Source of the DNA: Laetmonice hystrix
Taxonomy: Eukaryota
DNA length: 64,000 nucleotides
Direction: 5' to 3'
NCBI GenBank assembly: GCA_965235115.1
Contig: OZ249436.1
Location: 48,362,001-48,426,000 of the forward strand
The first letter of the stretch is position 1. Every line of letters begins with the position of its first letter. Shown here piece after piece: positions 1 through 19,100 of this stretch. The notes beneath the pieces were generated by a model. It was given only the letters and a program-made list of their open reading frames with translations, did not search any database and was not told the DNA's origin. A program made the position numbers and the translations under genes.

Positions 1-59
1 GAATACGAAAATCTTGGATCTTGATGAAGCTCAGTGTACGTGTGTTTTGTTGTTTTCAG

Positions 60-1876
60 TCTCCCTCAAAGAGGTTCAAGAAACTGACTCCAAGTGGTAC
101 GCCAGCCTGCACTCAACACGTTGGATGCATGCAGTGGCTAGTTGTCTACGGATATCACATCTTATTGTTAAAAGGATGACTGTCAATAGGGAAACTGTTG
201 TTCTTAAAGGTAAGAGATCTACCATGTCCACATTACCTGTGCTCAGCCCCTCTAAAAAGGCGCCCAAGTCTCGTGACCTGGATATGCAAATGACGTTAAA
301 TAGCCTCAAACCAGCTCACGATAGCGCCTAATGTGCGCCATGCGAATGTGACGTCAAAAATGTCCCCATAGGATTAGCATTGGCAGGACCGACAGGTTTA
401 CAAAAACCAGCCTGTATATTCACAATCTAACTTTCTAAACTATAAAACAAACTTTATCCTAGAGTAAACATGCCAGCTATCATGTATTGTAACGTTGAAA
501 TATTAACAGCAGAATGAAAATATTTTAAAGTTGAGTGTCACTGTTTAGCAGGTGTAGTCTAAGTGGACTGTGCACTGTGTTTTGCAGAGGTTGAAGGTCG
601 TGACCTGTCAGCATTGGTAGCAAGTCTGGTCCAGATGCTGCTTGACCCCCATTATCGCACACTGGCGGGCTTCCAGAGTTTGGTGGAGAAAGAATGGGTT
701 CTCATGGGACACAAGTTTGCTGATCGTCTTGGCCTTCTGGCCAATCCAGATGCAGAAGTGGTATGTTTTATCTGATCGTCTTGGCCTTTTGGCCAATCCA
801 GATGCGGAAGTCGTATATCATGTGATTGAAGTAAAATACACTGGTTTCTCATTTAAAAGACCCTCTGGGGGACTGAGCTTGTTGTGGTCTCATTGCAGAT
901 TGGTCTTCTAAACGAGTATATTGTGTTAGGGGTCAAGTCAGACTTGGCTCTGAACCAAAATAGTCCTAATTAGGTATGTTTGATATTTCAGTGTCCAGTC
1001 ATACTGCTGTTCCTAGACTGTGTGTGGCAGCTCCAGCTTCAGTTCCCGTCAGCCTTCCAGTTCTCGCACATCTACCTGACGGCTCTCTGGGACAGCATCT
1101 GCCTTGGACTCTTCGACAACTTCATCTTCAACAGTTCCCGTGAGCGCATGATGGCTGTGCGCCGTTTCTCCATCTACCACACGACAGACACGACCCCCAA
1201 CCTACTGTCTATCTGGGACTGGGGTCTGCAGTATGGCCCGGATGACATGGCCCTCTTCAATAATCCCCTCTACCTCATCAAGACAGAGCTTCGCTCAGAG
1301 CTGCACAACATCCGCTTCGCTGAAACTGCTGCAGCTAAACTGACTGGAAGCATCCAGAATGGTGCAGACCGCCTGCAGAACGGTCTCTATGCTCGCAGGT
1401 TGAACGCTCAGTTAGACGAGAGCATCCGGGCATATGATCCAGAGCAGCGCATCTTGCATCCAGTTATTGAAGCTCCGATCCTCAAGTTTTGGACTCACTG
1501 TTACCTGCGGTGGCTGACACCGGTACAGATTGTCACAGGAGGAGCTCCAGTGGAATACCTTCAGCAGTGTATCCTCATTGAGGAGATTCTCTGCTTACAA
1601 CACAAAATGTCTGCGCTTCAGACTGCCACACCTTTCAACAAAGCCAACCGGAAAAATAGTGATTTGATATTCAGCGCCAACAACACGCCACAGACACCGA
1701 GGAACAAACCCAACTGGTCAAGTATACTGACCTCATCGTTCCCCTACAGCCCCTCGGCAACAACAGGTCACGTGACATTCTTTGGGACGCCACTGAGTGC
1801 GTTCCTGGAGAAGAGTCTTGTCATGGACTCAGATGAAGATGAGATGAGTGACGGCGAGGTAGCAAGTGGCTCCTAG
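60..1876 (+). CDS. MTMR10: Myotubularin-related protein 10/11/12-like pseudophosphatase, last three coding exons (5' part lies outside the window)
   Basis: Exons 60-209, 588-760 and 992-1876 have GT-AG boundaries and join in frame. The protein reads [42 protein letters not shown]...[24 protein letters not shown], typical of the myotubularin domain. The catalytic HCSDGWDR motif is replaced by KEVEGRD, as in the inactive MTMR10-12 subgroup. Confidence 0.88.
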
Positions 1877-4800
1877 GTTTTTTTTGTCTCTCTTACTTAG
1901 TCACAGGGCAACATTATTGTAAGTTAGGATAAATAAAAGTAGCTCTACCTGGTGTCTCCATTATTTTCTTCCGATACCTTTGAATCATAAAGATGATCCA
2001 TAAAGAAATCATATGAGGTTTGTCTTGGACAGGAAAGTGAAGTGAGAGTGTTTATGGTTTGTAACCAGGTTACCAATTAGTTTGAGCTGGATCGTGCAGT
2101 AATCGTCTAGAACCCAGCATGAGTTTTCACTTGTACATAGGACCAGGTTATAATATGAAGGGTGATAGGTTCACTCTGTATTTTAATTACATGATCAGAG
2201 CATACATCAGGAGAAGTGTCTCAAATGATCCATTCATTTACGTCAGGTTTACAGAGTGCATCAGAACATTATCACCAGACATTGCTAAAACCAAACACTT
2301 GCCTGTGCTCGCCATATCAACCAACTAATGCAGGTACAAATTTCTTGATTTCGTGCCAGAGTAGAAACTGTTGGCATGTCAGATGTTGGCAGGTTACCTG
2401 TCTCCAGGCCGTCCTCTAAGGTCGTGCACAGTGCACGGACTGGTGCACTGACCTTCAAAGATTTTACATGAGAAATGAGAACGCCATATATAACCAAAGT
2501 AAATGGACACATTTAGATAAAGAATATAAGCATCCACCCCTGCGGTTTCAGACATGACCTGATCTTTTAGTAACCGGTATATAAAACATTTATTGCAAAA
2601 TGCAACTGAAATAGCTTTGTAAATCTGTTGCTATGTGGGCTTTAAGCACAAACATTTGACAACTCATTCTCCAAGCAGTCTGGTGTGAACGTATTATAGA
2701 CTGATGTAGTTGCTTTTATGAACTCTTATTTTACACCAGAGATGTCCATACATTATGGTTCAGTCTGGTTTCAAAACAAATTGTTTACTGCTAACAAATT
2801 GGTCGTCTCATGAGTTATGTAGAGCACTTTCAAGACGAGGTTCAAAATGGCCATGAATCGAAACATTCCATTTGACATTGAAACATTGAGTCTTGTATGG
2901 GGGAAGACATTAGATGGTGTCCAATGTAATGTAGCTATTTTACATGCAATCCCTCAGCTAAAGTTGATATTTATATTGAAATAACAAAACACGGGGATTT
3001 GTTTCACATGTACCCGAGTATCCGTGTATATTTGTCGTTTATGTGTCATTTGTACGGGAATTTTTCTAGGATTTCATTTAAAGGGTGCAGCAGTCATGAA
3101 ATATGCATAGTGCAAGTAAAGGTAAAGTACACCAGTATTTTATGGCCGATGACGTGTGTTGTCGAGGCTGCATACATATCTATTTTGCCAGTTCGATGAA
3201 ATCGAGTTACTCGTATCGTTAATGAAAAATGATCGTATGAGTTTCTGTACCAAGTGCATTCAAGCTGGTCCAATTCAATCTTTCTGTAAAAGGGTTAAAA
3301 AAAAACCATCTGTTTGACAAAAACGGATTTTTTTGAGAAACCTTTAAAAAGAAATGTTGCAAGTCTTTGACGAGTCAGATTGCCTGTGACTTATAAAGAA
3401 TAATTAATTTTCTTGTAAAGACTATGCGGTATTACCTTTACCATTTTTATTTTTCAATAGATTAACCTCTTGCTGTTGTTCATAAATTAAGGCGCACAAC
3501 CAGATTTTAAATAAGAACATCATGTACGAGGAATGACAGTGCAAAAAAAGGAAGACCGTGGCCCAGATTTTAAAACGAATAGGATCTTAACTTTAGATAA
3601 ATTATGTTTGGATTACCGGTAAGCCGTCTGGTTTCTCATGAAACCTTAGGCTAAACTCGAAATATGATCCAAAGATTTAAAAATGAACTGAGATATGACC
3701 TAGAAAATTGAGACTTTATTAAAATACATTATTGTAATTAGTATTTAAGTGAACAGGTTATACATTGGTGGACATCCCGTGGACAGAAAGAATTGTTCTA
3801 TTGTAGATATAAATAGATGTATAGTGATTTTGGTCAGTTGCATTGATAGCAAGCAATGTAGTGTCTGGGCACAAACAATTATAAGAACCCCAACGAATGC
3901 GTGGCTAACCTGATTCATTATGCCTCAATGTTCAATGTCACTTGTAAATAAGGTTTTAATGAGAACAATTGTGGTGTGGTTGTTAAAAATCAGTTTTAGT
4001 CAGAGGATAAGAAGACAAGTAAAACTTGTCTTTTTTTCTGATTGCTAGGTAGAAATGTAATCTGATTGAGGTGAAGGTCACCTTTATTATTGCTAATGGT
4101 AATATTATTAATACCAAACATACATTAAGTACCCCGGTAAGCCAATAATAACTCTGGTAACATAGAAGATACAGCCTAGATATGCCGAGGTAGGTTGTTA
4201 CTTGGCCTCTCGGAAATCAAACTACACTTGATTGTTAACTGGTTTATGAAGAGAGGGCTCAACTACTTAGGCTTTTCTGTATTTATTTATTCAATACTAT
4301 ATATCTTTATATATAGAGAGATGATTATGTACAAACGGTTGACTTTATATGATGACATAATTTTTGACAGTTTTATCCCCAAGATAAGTCTGTGACGTAG
4401 CGCCTTCCTGGTCAGTACCTGTTTGTGCTTGGTGACAGCCTTGTTGTTTATCGAGGGGAGATTTCATTTTGCAGATTAAGGGCTACATTCGAGCTTTACT
4501 TCGATAAACTTAGTAAAGGGTTGCCATTTTAGATTCCGGAGGGAAATCAGCCATCTTCTGTAGTGCGGGGGGGGGGGGGGGCGTCTCAAAATCAGGTACA
4601 AGTTGAACAGATGGCATCCATTTTATTAATAATTCTCTCTCAAATAATAAAGAGTTAGGTTTGGTTATCATTTGAGGTGCATTTTTAAAAGGAATCTTCG
4701 TGCCGAGACTCCTCAGTTTTACAGAACAAAGGCCCATAGTGCTAATTGTCACGGGTCACAGCTTAGAAATTGCACCGTTTTTTATTAATTCTCTTCGGTT

Positions 4801-7587
4801 CTTTAGTTCCATGAGTGAGATGAGTCTTGTTAATATAGCTTTTAATGTGGTCTGGTACGTTTAAAAGCGTAAATCGCTTCTGAAAATGAAATATTAGGTA
4901 AATTCAAGGAAAGTGTTTTGGAGGTTTCCTCAAATACAAATGAAGTAATAATCTCAGGATATAAAGTACGACTTTTAGAGTCTTTCTAAGATTTTACTCT
5001 TCTGTGCTTTCTAAAGACTGTTCAAGCCAACATAAAACAAAAAAGTCCGTATGGAAGTATCAGGTCATTAAAAGTGAGGCTTTTCGTTTGTCGCAGTGTA
5101 AGATTGTTGCAGAGTCTGAGATGACGCTCACTGAAAGTTCACCTCCACACACGGTTAATCCCTGGGGAAGCACAGTTATGGCCAGGATGTTAGTTGTTAC
5201 GTAAAGGTCATATAGACTGCAACATGATGCACCTGAGGTTTCATTCATTGACAAATGTAATATTATGCATACAAAGATTAAAGTTTGCCAGTCAATGGCT
5301 GTGCCGTTATTACCGGTTCTTAAGCTTTGTGCCATAAAGTAGACGTCGTGTGGTTACTGGATTGTGTTTGTTTCTTTCTTTGATTGGTCTTTTATTTTTT
5401 ATTCTTAAGATTTCTTATTTAAAGGACTGTCAACCAATGGCTGACATGTGTATTGTTCATGAAGTTTTCTCAACAGTCGGGATTGCCTGTCTGTCTGCTA
5501 TGTTAAGTCGCCAAACGCTTGCTGAATGGTGGTGTTGAGGGTGCACCTCAACTAGTAAAACTTTTTAACGATAAATATCCGGTTAAGACTTCAATTGTGC
5601 AAAAACAAACAATTACATGAAAATGACTAATTTTGAATTTGTATTGAGCCCAGTGTTTTCCCTTTAATAAATTTTCGATAAGAACAGGTCAGTATTTTAG
5701 CTACTGGTAGGTTAGTTTGTGTGTATGATGAAGTCAAGTTAGATGACTTAGGTCAGCTTTTGAACTTTTGAGGGAACTGTACTTCTTATTGACGGTACTG
5801 ATTTTAATTTCTCTTAACAGCTAATCTTATTTTTTCCTGCCCGTTTGTACCATCCCAGGCACTAGACTTCGCTCAAGTAGAACTACATCATAACTTGACG
5901 TAATAATAAAATCCCCCAGCGTTAGCTGATCCACACTGGCGGTCACAGTATTGAATATGTCTCAAAATAACTTGAATTATAAACAGTGCCACAACATTAT
6001 TAGAAGAAGCTCAGAAAATTTGAAATTATACACTTTTTTTACACAGGAGATGGGGTACTTTTTTCAATTGTTTGAATGATTTTTTGAGGGACTTTAAGAA
6101 GTGTTCTATTAAACAGTTTCTGGCGATCATACCAGTGCTATACATAATATGATACAGAAGACGGATTGGATAGGGAAATATTGTTGATCCCAGATTTTGT
6201 ATCATTATGTTTACAATGGTGTACCTTGGGGTAGCCTTAACGGAGAAGTGATGGGAAAACTCATGTTCATGTTGCATCGATGGAATACACTTTTGTACTA
6301 GTAGATACCTGTACCTGGATTCTTTGGCTTAACGTGGTCAAGGTTCACACGTGTCCTTGGGAATTGGGAATGTACTAAACTTGTTTCTTTGTTCACAAAC
6401 ACCAAGTTAATTCTTATGGACTTGGGACTGAGCATCAAGTCTATGTTGGGGACTTCTTGTAAAAATAAAGTTGGAATTTCGACTTGTACACTGAGAACTT
6501 TCAGTCTGGGAATGTCAACATTAGATTTTAAAATTTTAAGTTGAATTCAAGAGTCTTTATTTGCACAATGCCCGCCCCCCCCCCCCCCCCAGTCTACCGC
6601 AGACTTTGAGACTCGATCCAAAGTGGATTATAATAAATCGACTTGACTTTAAAAAAAAAACCCACCAAAACCCAGTCCCTGAAATTTTAAAAAGCAGGGG
6701 ATCCTAACGTGGCCTGAAAATTTCTTTTTCATGTCCTGGCATTTTTCAAAACGTACATAATTTTTCCTATGGCTGAATTTCATGTTTTGCGAAGTGGTAA
6801 ACGCTGCACTTAATTAGGCCTTTAGGTAAGAATGCTCAGCTGACTGTGGCGTATAAAAAGTATAGCTGTATTAGTTGTGAGGTTTCTGTAAAAGTAGGCG
6901 ACAAGCAGTAATATTCTTCCATTTCAATGTCGTTATGAAACATCTTAGAACTTTACTTTTTTCATCCTGGAAATGTGTTTCCTACAAAGCGTGTGAACCC
7001 TGATAATAGCGTCAACCGCGGCTAGTCAAAGCGAGTATAGACTATTAATGTCAAATAAAGAGTATTTGGAAAGACCAGCTAGTTCAGAGTGAAAACAAAC
7101 TGAAATGTAAAACGACATATAACACAAGAGAAAATTAATGAAAGGAAAGATGCGAGGCTTGTCGGCGTTACCCATAAAGTGCCTGAGGACTAGAAACCAT
7201 AGAGCACTTTGCGACCAAGTGCCATCAGGGAGTCCTGGCTCAATCAAACTAGAATTGGGACACACAAGCCGAGGATACGAGGGTATCGTGGGGTGCTGAG
7301 TGCAATGACTGTTTTGTAAAAATTCTTTAACCTAGAGACCTGATATTGAGACATTTGTAATATAAACTGTGATAATAAATGATGTGTATGGTATTAAATG
7401 TTTCTTGTCTTGTGTGGGCTACTAAGTACTTAATGCATAAGTTATGTACACTTACTGCTAATATGATGTGGTTATTTTATTACCTTACAGGATCAGATAT
7501 AACAAGCACATTTCAGAATTATGCATAAACTTGGTACAAGTGTCGCATGATTGTAATTTTGGAGATTGAGCCCTCTGACGCTGGTCC

Positions 7588-12825
<5,238 letters not shown>

Positions 12826-13097
12826 TTCCCTCGATCTCTTGTCAGAAACCACCGACTCGACTCACCACGATCAAAACCGGAAGCACATGGCTTCATGGCG
12901 AGTTGTTGTTTTGGGAGGAAAGGCTGCCCCGGGGCAAATAGTATTAATAATAAAATAATAAACTCAAATAAAGCTTTAGAAGGGAATTATTTATCCATGA
13001 AAGATACGGCATTTCGTAGATTCCATATAGAGCATATCCTCTTATTTTTATGATTGTTTTAGTATTTCCTGTAAGGATCGTAGCTGCGGAATCACTT

Positions 13098-13111
13098 GTT
13101 ACCGTAGTAAC
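13098..13111 (+). promoter_or_regulatory. RFX X-box-like palindrome GTTACCGTAGTAAC
   Basis: Matches the X-box consensus GTNRCC-N0-3-RGYAAC and ends 10 nt before the ATG at 13122. Confidence 0.65.
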
Positions 13112-13121
13112 AGCATCAAAG

Positions 13122-16100
13122 ATGGGGAGCGTGATCGACGAGAAGGAGGACTCGCTCCTCGAAGGACCACGGCAATCACTACTTGAAGTCGTTGAAGAGC
13201 GTTATAGGACCCTGAATAAGGTGTGATTATTGAAAAGAAATATGATAGAATCTTAATGTTTACATTAAAGTATTTTTACCAGAGATTTTTAGCTCCTGTC
13301 GTCCACCCGCGGTGCATCGTCATGCCTGGGCATGGCCACGGCCCGGGCATGGCCACGGCCTGGGCATGGCCACGGCCCGGGCATGGCCACGGCCCGGGCA
13401 TGGCCACGGCCTGGGCATGGCCACGGCCCGGGCATGGCCACGGCCCGGGCATGGCCCGGTCATCTTCGGTTTCGCCGGGAAGGCGTATGGCCTGTCCCCG
13501 GCAGGCCACGGCCGGGTCGGATGGGGTGCTGCCTGTCGGCCAAAAGGCCAAAAAAAAGGGTAGAATGCACTTTAAGGGTCGCTGGTCCCGCCAAAACTTG
13601 CATCACGTCATACGTTCCATAGGAATTTTTCTTGGCAACAAGCCCCGCCCCTTGTCCTGTCCGACGATCCTCGATTCGACTTTTCTAACCAGATTTTATC
13701 ACATTTATACTACAGCCAATGCAACCAAATTCTACCTGCATGATTCTTAGACACTACTTTACTAACCTACTATTTCACATCAATCGTAAACATCATAATT
13801 TCGTATGTTGAACATGCATTTCCACTGCTGAGAAAGACGTTGCGGCTAAATCCAAGATGGCGTTAAAAAAATCATAATATTCCTACGCCAGATTAGGAAC
13901 TATATCCTAATAGTATGGTTGATAGGAGGGGGTGTGGGGGATTTCCCCCACCCAGATACTGCAATCATTCTCAATAAAGGGGGTGTGGGGGAATTCCCCC
14001 ACACAGTTAGATGCAATCATTCCCTGATCGTTAATAAAGGGGGTGTGGGGGATTTCCCCCACACAATTATTCTCTGATCGTTAATAAAGCCTAGCCCTAG
14101 CCTAGGGGGTGTGGGGGATTTCCCCCACCATAATGCAAACTTTAACACAATACATCCTCGTCCATGCAGTGTCTACATTCTATTTCTAGTGTCTGTAGGT
14201 GTAGGCCTTGGCTCTATTGCTCAACTAGATCGTCTATAATATAGCGCTAGATCTAGTATACCGAGTATTGGCCTAGTCTAAACATAGACCTGTCCTAAGC
14301 TAAGCTAGCCTAAGGCTAAGCCAGGCTAAGCCAAAGGCAAAGCTAAGTGTGTCAGACAACCCTATTTTACATTTTGCTTGTCGATCCACCAAATTAAATA
14401 TACTTTTATGTAGGTCTTTCTGGGTTAAGTAGATACGTTTCGTTTGTGACGTCATTAAAATAGAGTTTAGACCAAGCATACAAGTCGCTCGGTTCATGCA
14501 CACAGACAGTGGGCCACAGACAGAGTCTAACAAGTGCTGCAAGTAGTTCCGGCAGGCCTTGTTCTCACCTCATATTTTCAGCAGCAGAGAAAAGCTTCCA
14601 CATGCAATGTACGTACTATTGATTCAAATCCAGGTTAATACTGCGTATTAACCATACTTTCACACGAGGAATTCAAAAATGACCTCAAAAATGTCCTAAA
14701 ATGCCTCTGGAATATTTTGACTTGCCACCTGGCGGCCTTCATATATATATGGCCTTGACAACCAGCGAACGTTCTTCTTTAGCGCCAAAAAGTAGCGACC
14801 CTTAAAGTGCATTAGTTCCAAAAAAAACAAAAAGTTTTGTTTCTTGCACGTTCAGATAAAAAGTTGGTGTGGTCGAGCAGCTTTTTTTTTTTTGGATGTC
14901 CAATTCATCGAATAGTATTACTATTACTATTAGTAGGCCTAGTCTATGCCGGTACAAAATTACATTATTGCTGTTGCCAGTGTTGGCGTTGCATGTTGGC
15001 ATCGGGGGAAGTTGGGCGCATGAATCCTAATCTTGAAGAAAATGAATCTAATGCAATGATGTTCAATATTTGTGATCAAAAAGTGAAAACCTCCTACTAG
15101 CTAACCCTCCACCACATGCCAAAAAATATAAAGCAAATTCTGGATTTTTCAGGAAAAAAAAGACTTAATGTGGGGGGTTTTGCTTTTGGTTGACGCACGC
15201 AGGGACAAGAATCAAAACAGTTTTGGGTAAAAATTCTGACAGTGATGCTTGGTCTCAGTGTCACAAGTTAGAAATTTATACTAGTTGGACACAAACACTG
15301 TTGTCATTATTTGTATTGACATTCATTAGGTCTCATTCATTCAAATCAAATTGTGTCGCATTTGATTTGTTTACACCTTGGACTGCCATTGCATTGTCCC
15401 ATACAACATTGATTACATAATAAACTCTACTCTAGACTATAGCAACATATGCCAACCAATTAAGAAACAGATGAATTTTATTATGAATTGCTCTAAACAT
15501 TGTGTTGGCTGTTGCCACCATTGATCATGCATGTGTGTCATGATGATAATAACTACTGAGTATTGTCAGTATTGAGTATTGTTTTTTGATGTGTTGTTTG
15601 AAAGTATCAGTGTGATTGAGAAGTCATGACAATGTCAATTGTGACCTCATTATTCCTGATTGCTTAGAGTGAGACCACATGTTGTCATCGTAACTTACTG
15701 TGAATGGTATTAATCTACTCCTTCCTCACACTATCAGTCCAGATATAAATCACAATTTGGGTGAGGTGTGGTTGTAACTTAATCAGTTGGGGTAAGTCAG
15801 CCACAGGGGTGTGAGCTGTGCTGTGGACAGGTTGACGGGGAGTAGTCATAATAATTGGTTGGGCTGTTCCTAAACCTCTAAATATATAGACTCACGAGGG
15901 GCAGTGTAGTTGGTACCTATAATAAATCATGAATTTTGAACCCTGTGCAGGACTTAAGCCTGCACAATACCATATGGCCCTTTACGATTATTATATATGT
16001 ACAGCCCTCACAACCCCATTACCTGAACTCCCAACAGGGCCCCATCTCAGTCAGACAGCCACTGGCTAAGAATTTTCCCATGACTTCACTTTCTCCCTGG

Positions 16101-19100
16101 TGCCAGGCAAAGCCAGTGTGATACATCATTGGACTTTAAAACATACATGAATCTATATTACTCTGGACTGTATGTGCCCTACTGCAGGACTGCGTGACAT
16201 TCTAACCAGTAAACTACTGTCCAACCTGTGCACCGGACTGGACCTCTAACAACCAAACTGTTACTGAGAATCGTGCAAAACTCTACAAGAATTTAATTTC
16301 TATTCCAAAGTACAAAGAGCAGCTATCTTGACATTGGATAGTGATTAATGTGACTCCAAGGTATTAAAAGTAGCTATGAGTAAAGCTAGTGGAAATCAGC
16401 ATGTAGCCCATAAAAAGGGTGGAGCAGGTGTGAGAACACATACTTCCCACTTACATATGGGTGCAGTAACAGAAACTGGAGACCCCTATGATCCTTTGCA
16501 CCTGCCAAAGACTTTACTGGAGTGGAAACTGTTGCGCAGATTCAAAGGAGATGAGAATCGGGTGAGAGGGCATCAATCTAGTGATGAGATTTGATGCTTG
16601 GCTTCTTAAAGCATTCCTTGATGAGCACATCCTTCATCCTTTAAATACTCGACAACCTTTCCAGTTACGGTACTTCAGAATTCAAAGAAAGTTCCAGTTT
16701 CTACATCATCTTTCATATTTAGTGACTGACTTTCTAGACTGAATCTATGATTGCAATGAAACTAGCTTTTTTGTGTTCTATTTTTAGAAATGCCTTCTTC
16801 ATCGCATGGTGCTTGTTTCCAAGTTGTCACACCAAAATTTTGACCATATTGGACGTAAGTCTCTACAATTTATAAGTAGAAGTACTGTATACAGTCTGTT
16901 CGCTCTAAGAAGAGCTTGACCTCGGCCTCATTATAAGCTGTGACCTGCCCCCTCCTCCCGTCTACCCACAGCTGGCGTATCACAAGTCGTCACCGCCTGT
17001 CACCCAAGAATGGCACCAAACTCCATGTGGTTCTGTATTACCCCAAATGGAGTGCTCACCCCAGCTTTACATCCTCCCGCGGGCAGCCGTTACGGCCCGC
17101 GGCCTGTAATTGGACACGCTGGAGGAGTGGGGCGGGAGGGTCATGAATATGCTCGAGCTCTTCTTAGAGCGAACAGACTGTAGTACTTCCATTTTTTGAA
17201 AATTTCTGGATTTACTCAAGCCAAATGAGTTGGCATACTGTTTTTTGTTTGATTCATTGAAAGCTTCTGTTGTAGAGTACTATGAGAAGCTGTACAGGGA
17301 TGTACAGAACACCCTACAGACAGAGGGGGTCACAGGTGTTCTGCTTATCTACCCAAAACACTGTGTTCAGGTTGTTGAGGTGAGTATACAATTGGTAGCT
17401 GGTATCTCACCTCCCCCTGGATCTGGATCATAGAACTTACGTTTATACTGTTTATACGTTTATGCGTATCTATAATTTACCATTACTTACTATGGAGTAT
17501 GGTTAGATACATGTAGAAATACTTATCTAGATACTAGTGTTCTGTAGTTGGGGTTATTTGTCAATATCAAGAATATTACATCTGCTTGGTTTTAAGTGTC
17601 TTTAAAAAAAGTGAAGAGTAAATAAAACTTCTGGATTTGTTTGCAGGGGACCCTGGAGATCTTGTTAGAGTTGACGAAGGATTTGGTTAACGATTCAGAT
17701 GGTCAGGCGCTTCAGTCCAAGATTATTGCAGTTGCACATGATGTATCCTTGCTTCCAATTTGAGGTTCCTAGGCAGTGTGGGGTATAGCAATTACTTATA
17801 CTGTACCTGGTAATTTTTATACCCCAGATAATGGAAATACATTTGTACTTTTTTATATTTGTACATTTGAGACACCTCCTACATTAGGTGAACACCTGCA
17901 AGGTTCACCTTTCCTTTTCCAAGTGTTCCTGTGTTGTGTTCCGTGTGGTCATTTATCATGTAAAAGTTTTCTGATCCTTGATGAATGCCAGATACCAAAC
18001 CGTCTCTATCAACATTGGAGTTACCGTGTTCTCGATATTGAGGCACCAAACATGGACGAGTATGACACCAATGAGGAGATAGAGGATGTTTTAACGGAGA
18101 TCCTTACACAACTCCTCAAACTGGGAATATACCTGGCACGACAACCAAAGGTAAATGGTGTTTGAGCCAACTTTGTAGGAATTGCTTAAGTTCAGCCCAA
18201 AGTCCGTGTGTAGATGGGTTTAGGGTGGTCTGGTCAAGTTCTATTCCTCTTATAACTTCAGCAAATTAAAGGTTGGTTTCTGGTCATTTTCATCTCTACA
18301 AATTTTGCTTCCATTCACTGGTATTTACCAGGTTTCTTTGAAAAATGCCATGGATGGTCTGAGAGACAAGGTCCCTGAACTTCTACCGCAGCAAAGTGAG
18401 TGTTTACTAATAATATTCTGAGAAGCATCTCAGCAACTGTCAAAGTTAACATTTAAAAAAAAGTAGAACGAGTCCTTTTAAAGTACTGTCCATGCCTCTA
18501 TTATAAAACACTGAAGGTGCTCAAGGAAGTGCACCACAAGTTTTGTATACTTTGATAGTTTGGGACACCAACCAACCTGCCTCATGGCAACCAGTGATTA
18601 AAAAGTTATCTGCTATATTTCAGCTGCCATTGGTTACCTGGTGGAAAGTGAGAATGCTACGTGTGTTTACTCGCCAAAGGCATATCTTGACATGTATGAA
18701 CGGCCATATGATGTTGTCCTGGACAGTGGTGAGTTTCTAGTGAATGGGGAACATTGTCGCCGCCTTTTCCGCATGGCGGCAGCACTGTGCAAGCTGTTCA
18801 TGAGGGGACATTTTAGCATAGAATTAAATAGGCTGATATCTGCTAATCTGTGGCTGGTTGCCATACCGACATTTGTTCTAAAAAGGTATGACAATTTTTA
18901 AACTTCTTTCATTCACTTTAGTCCAAATGACTTAATATTATTTAGTAATGATAAGGTTAGGTCATCCACAGATTAGCATACACAAACAGATTGGAAACGA
19001 GATAGGCCGATTTGAAACTTCCGGTTTGCGCCCGTGACCACTAGTGACACCTGGCGAATGGTGAGATAAACTACAATGCGCCTATGACAAGTTATGCATG

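Noticed and set aside
13285..13557. Helentron/DINE-1-like element around the minisatellite
   Set aside because: The TTTTTAGCTC start and terminal GGCC-AAAA-GGCC hairpin are suggestive, but the CCTGTCG repeats are direct rather than inverted, so I could not support the structure.
13223..13750. 175-aa ORF and overlapping ORFs with GHGHGPG repeats
   Set aside because: Artefact of a stop-free 17-bp GC-rich minisatellite in an intron.
14802..17146. Short ORFs in introns 1-2 of the TEX47-like gene
   Set aside because: No splice-compatible frame or recognisable motifs.
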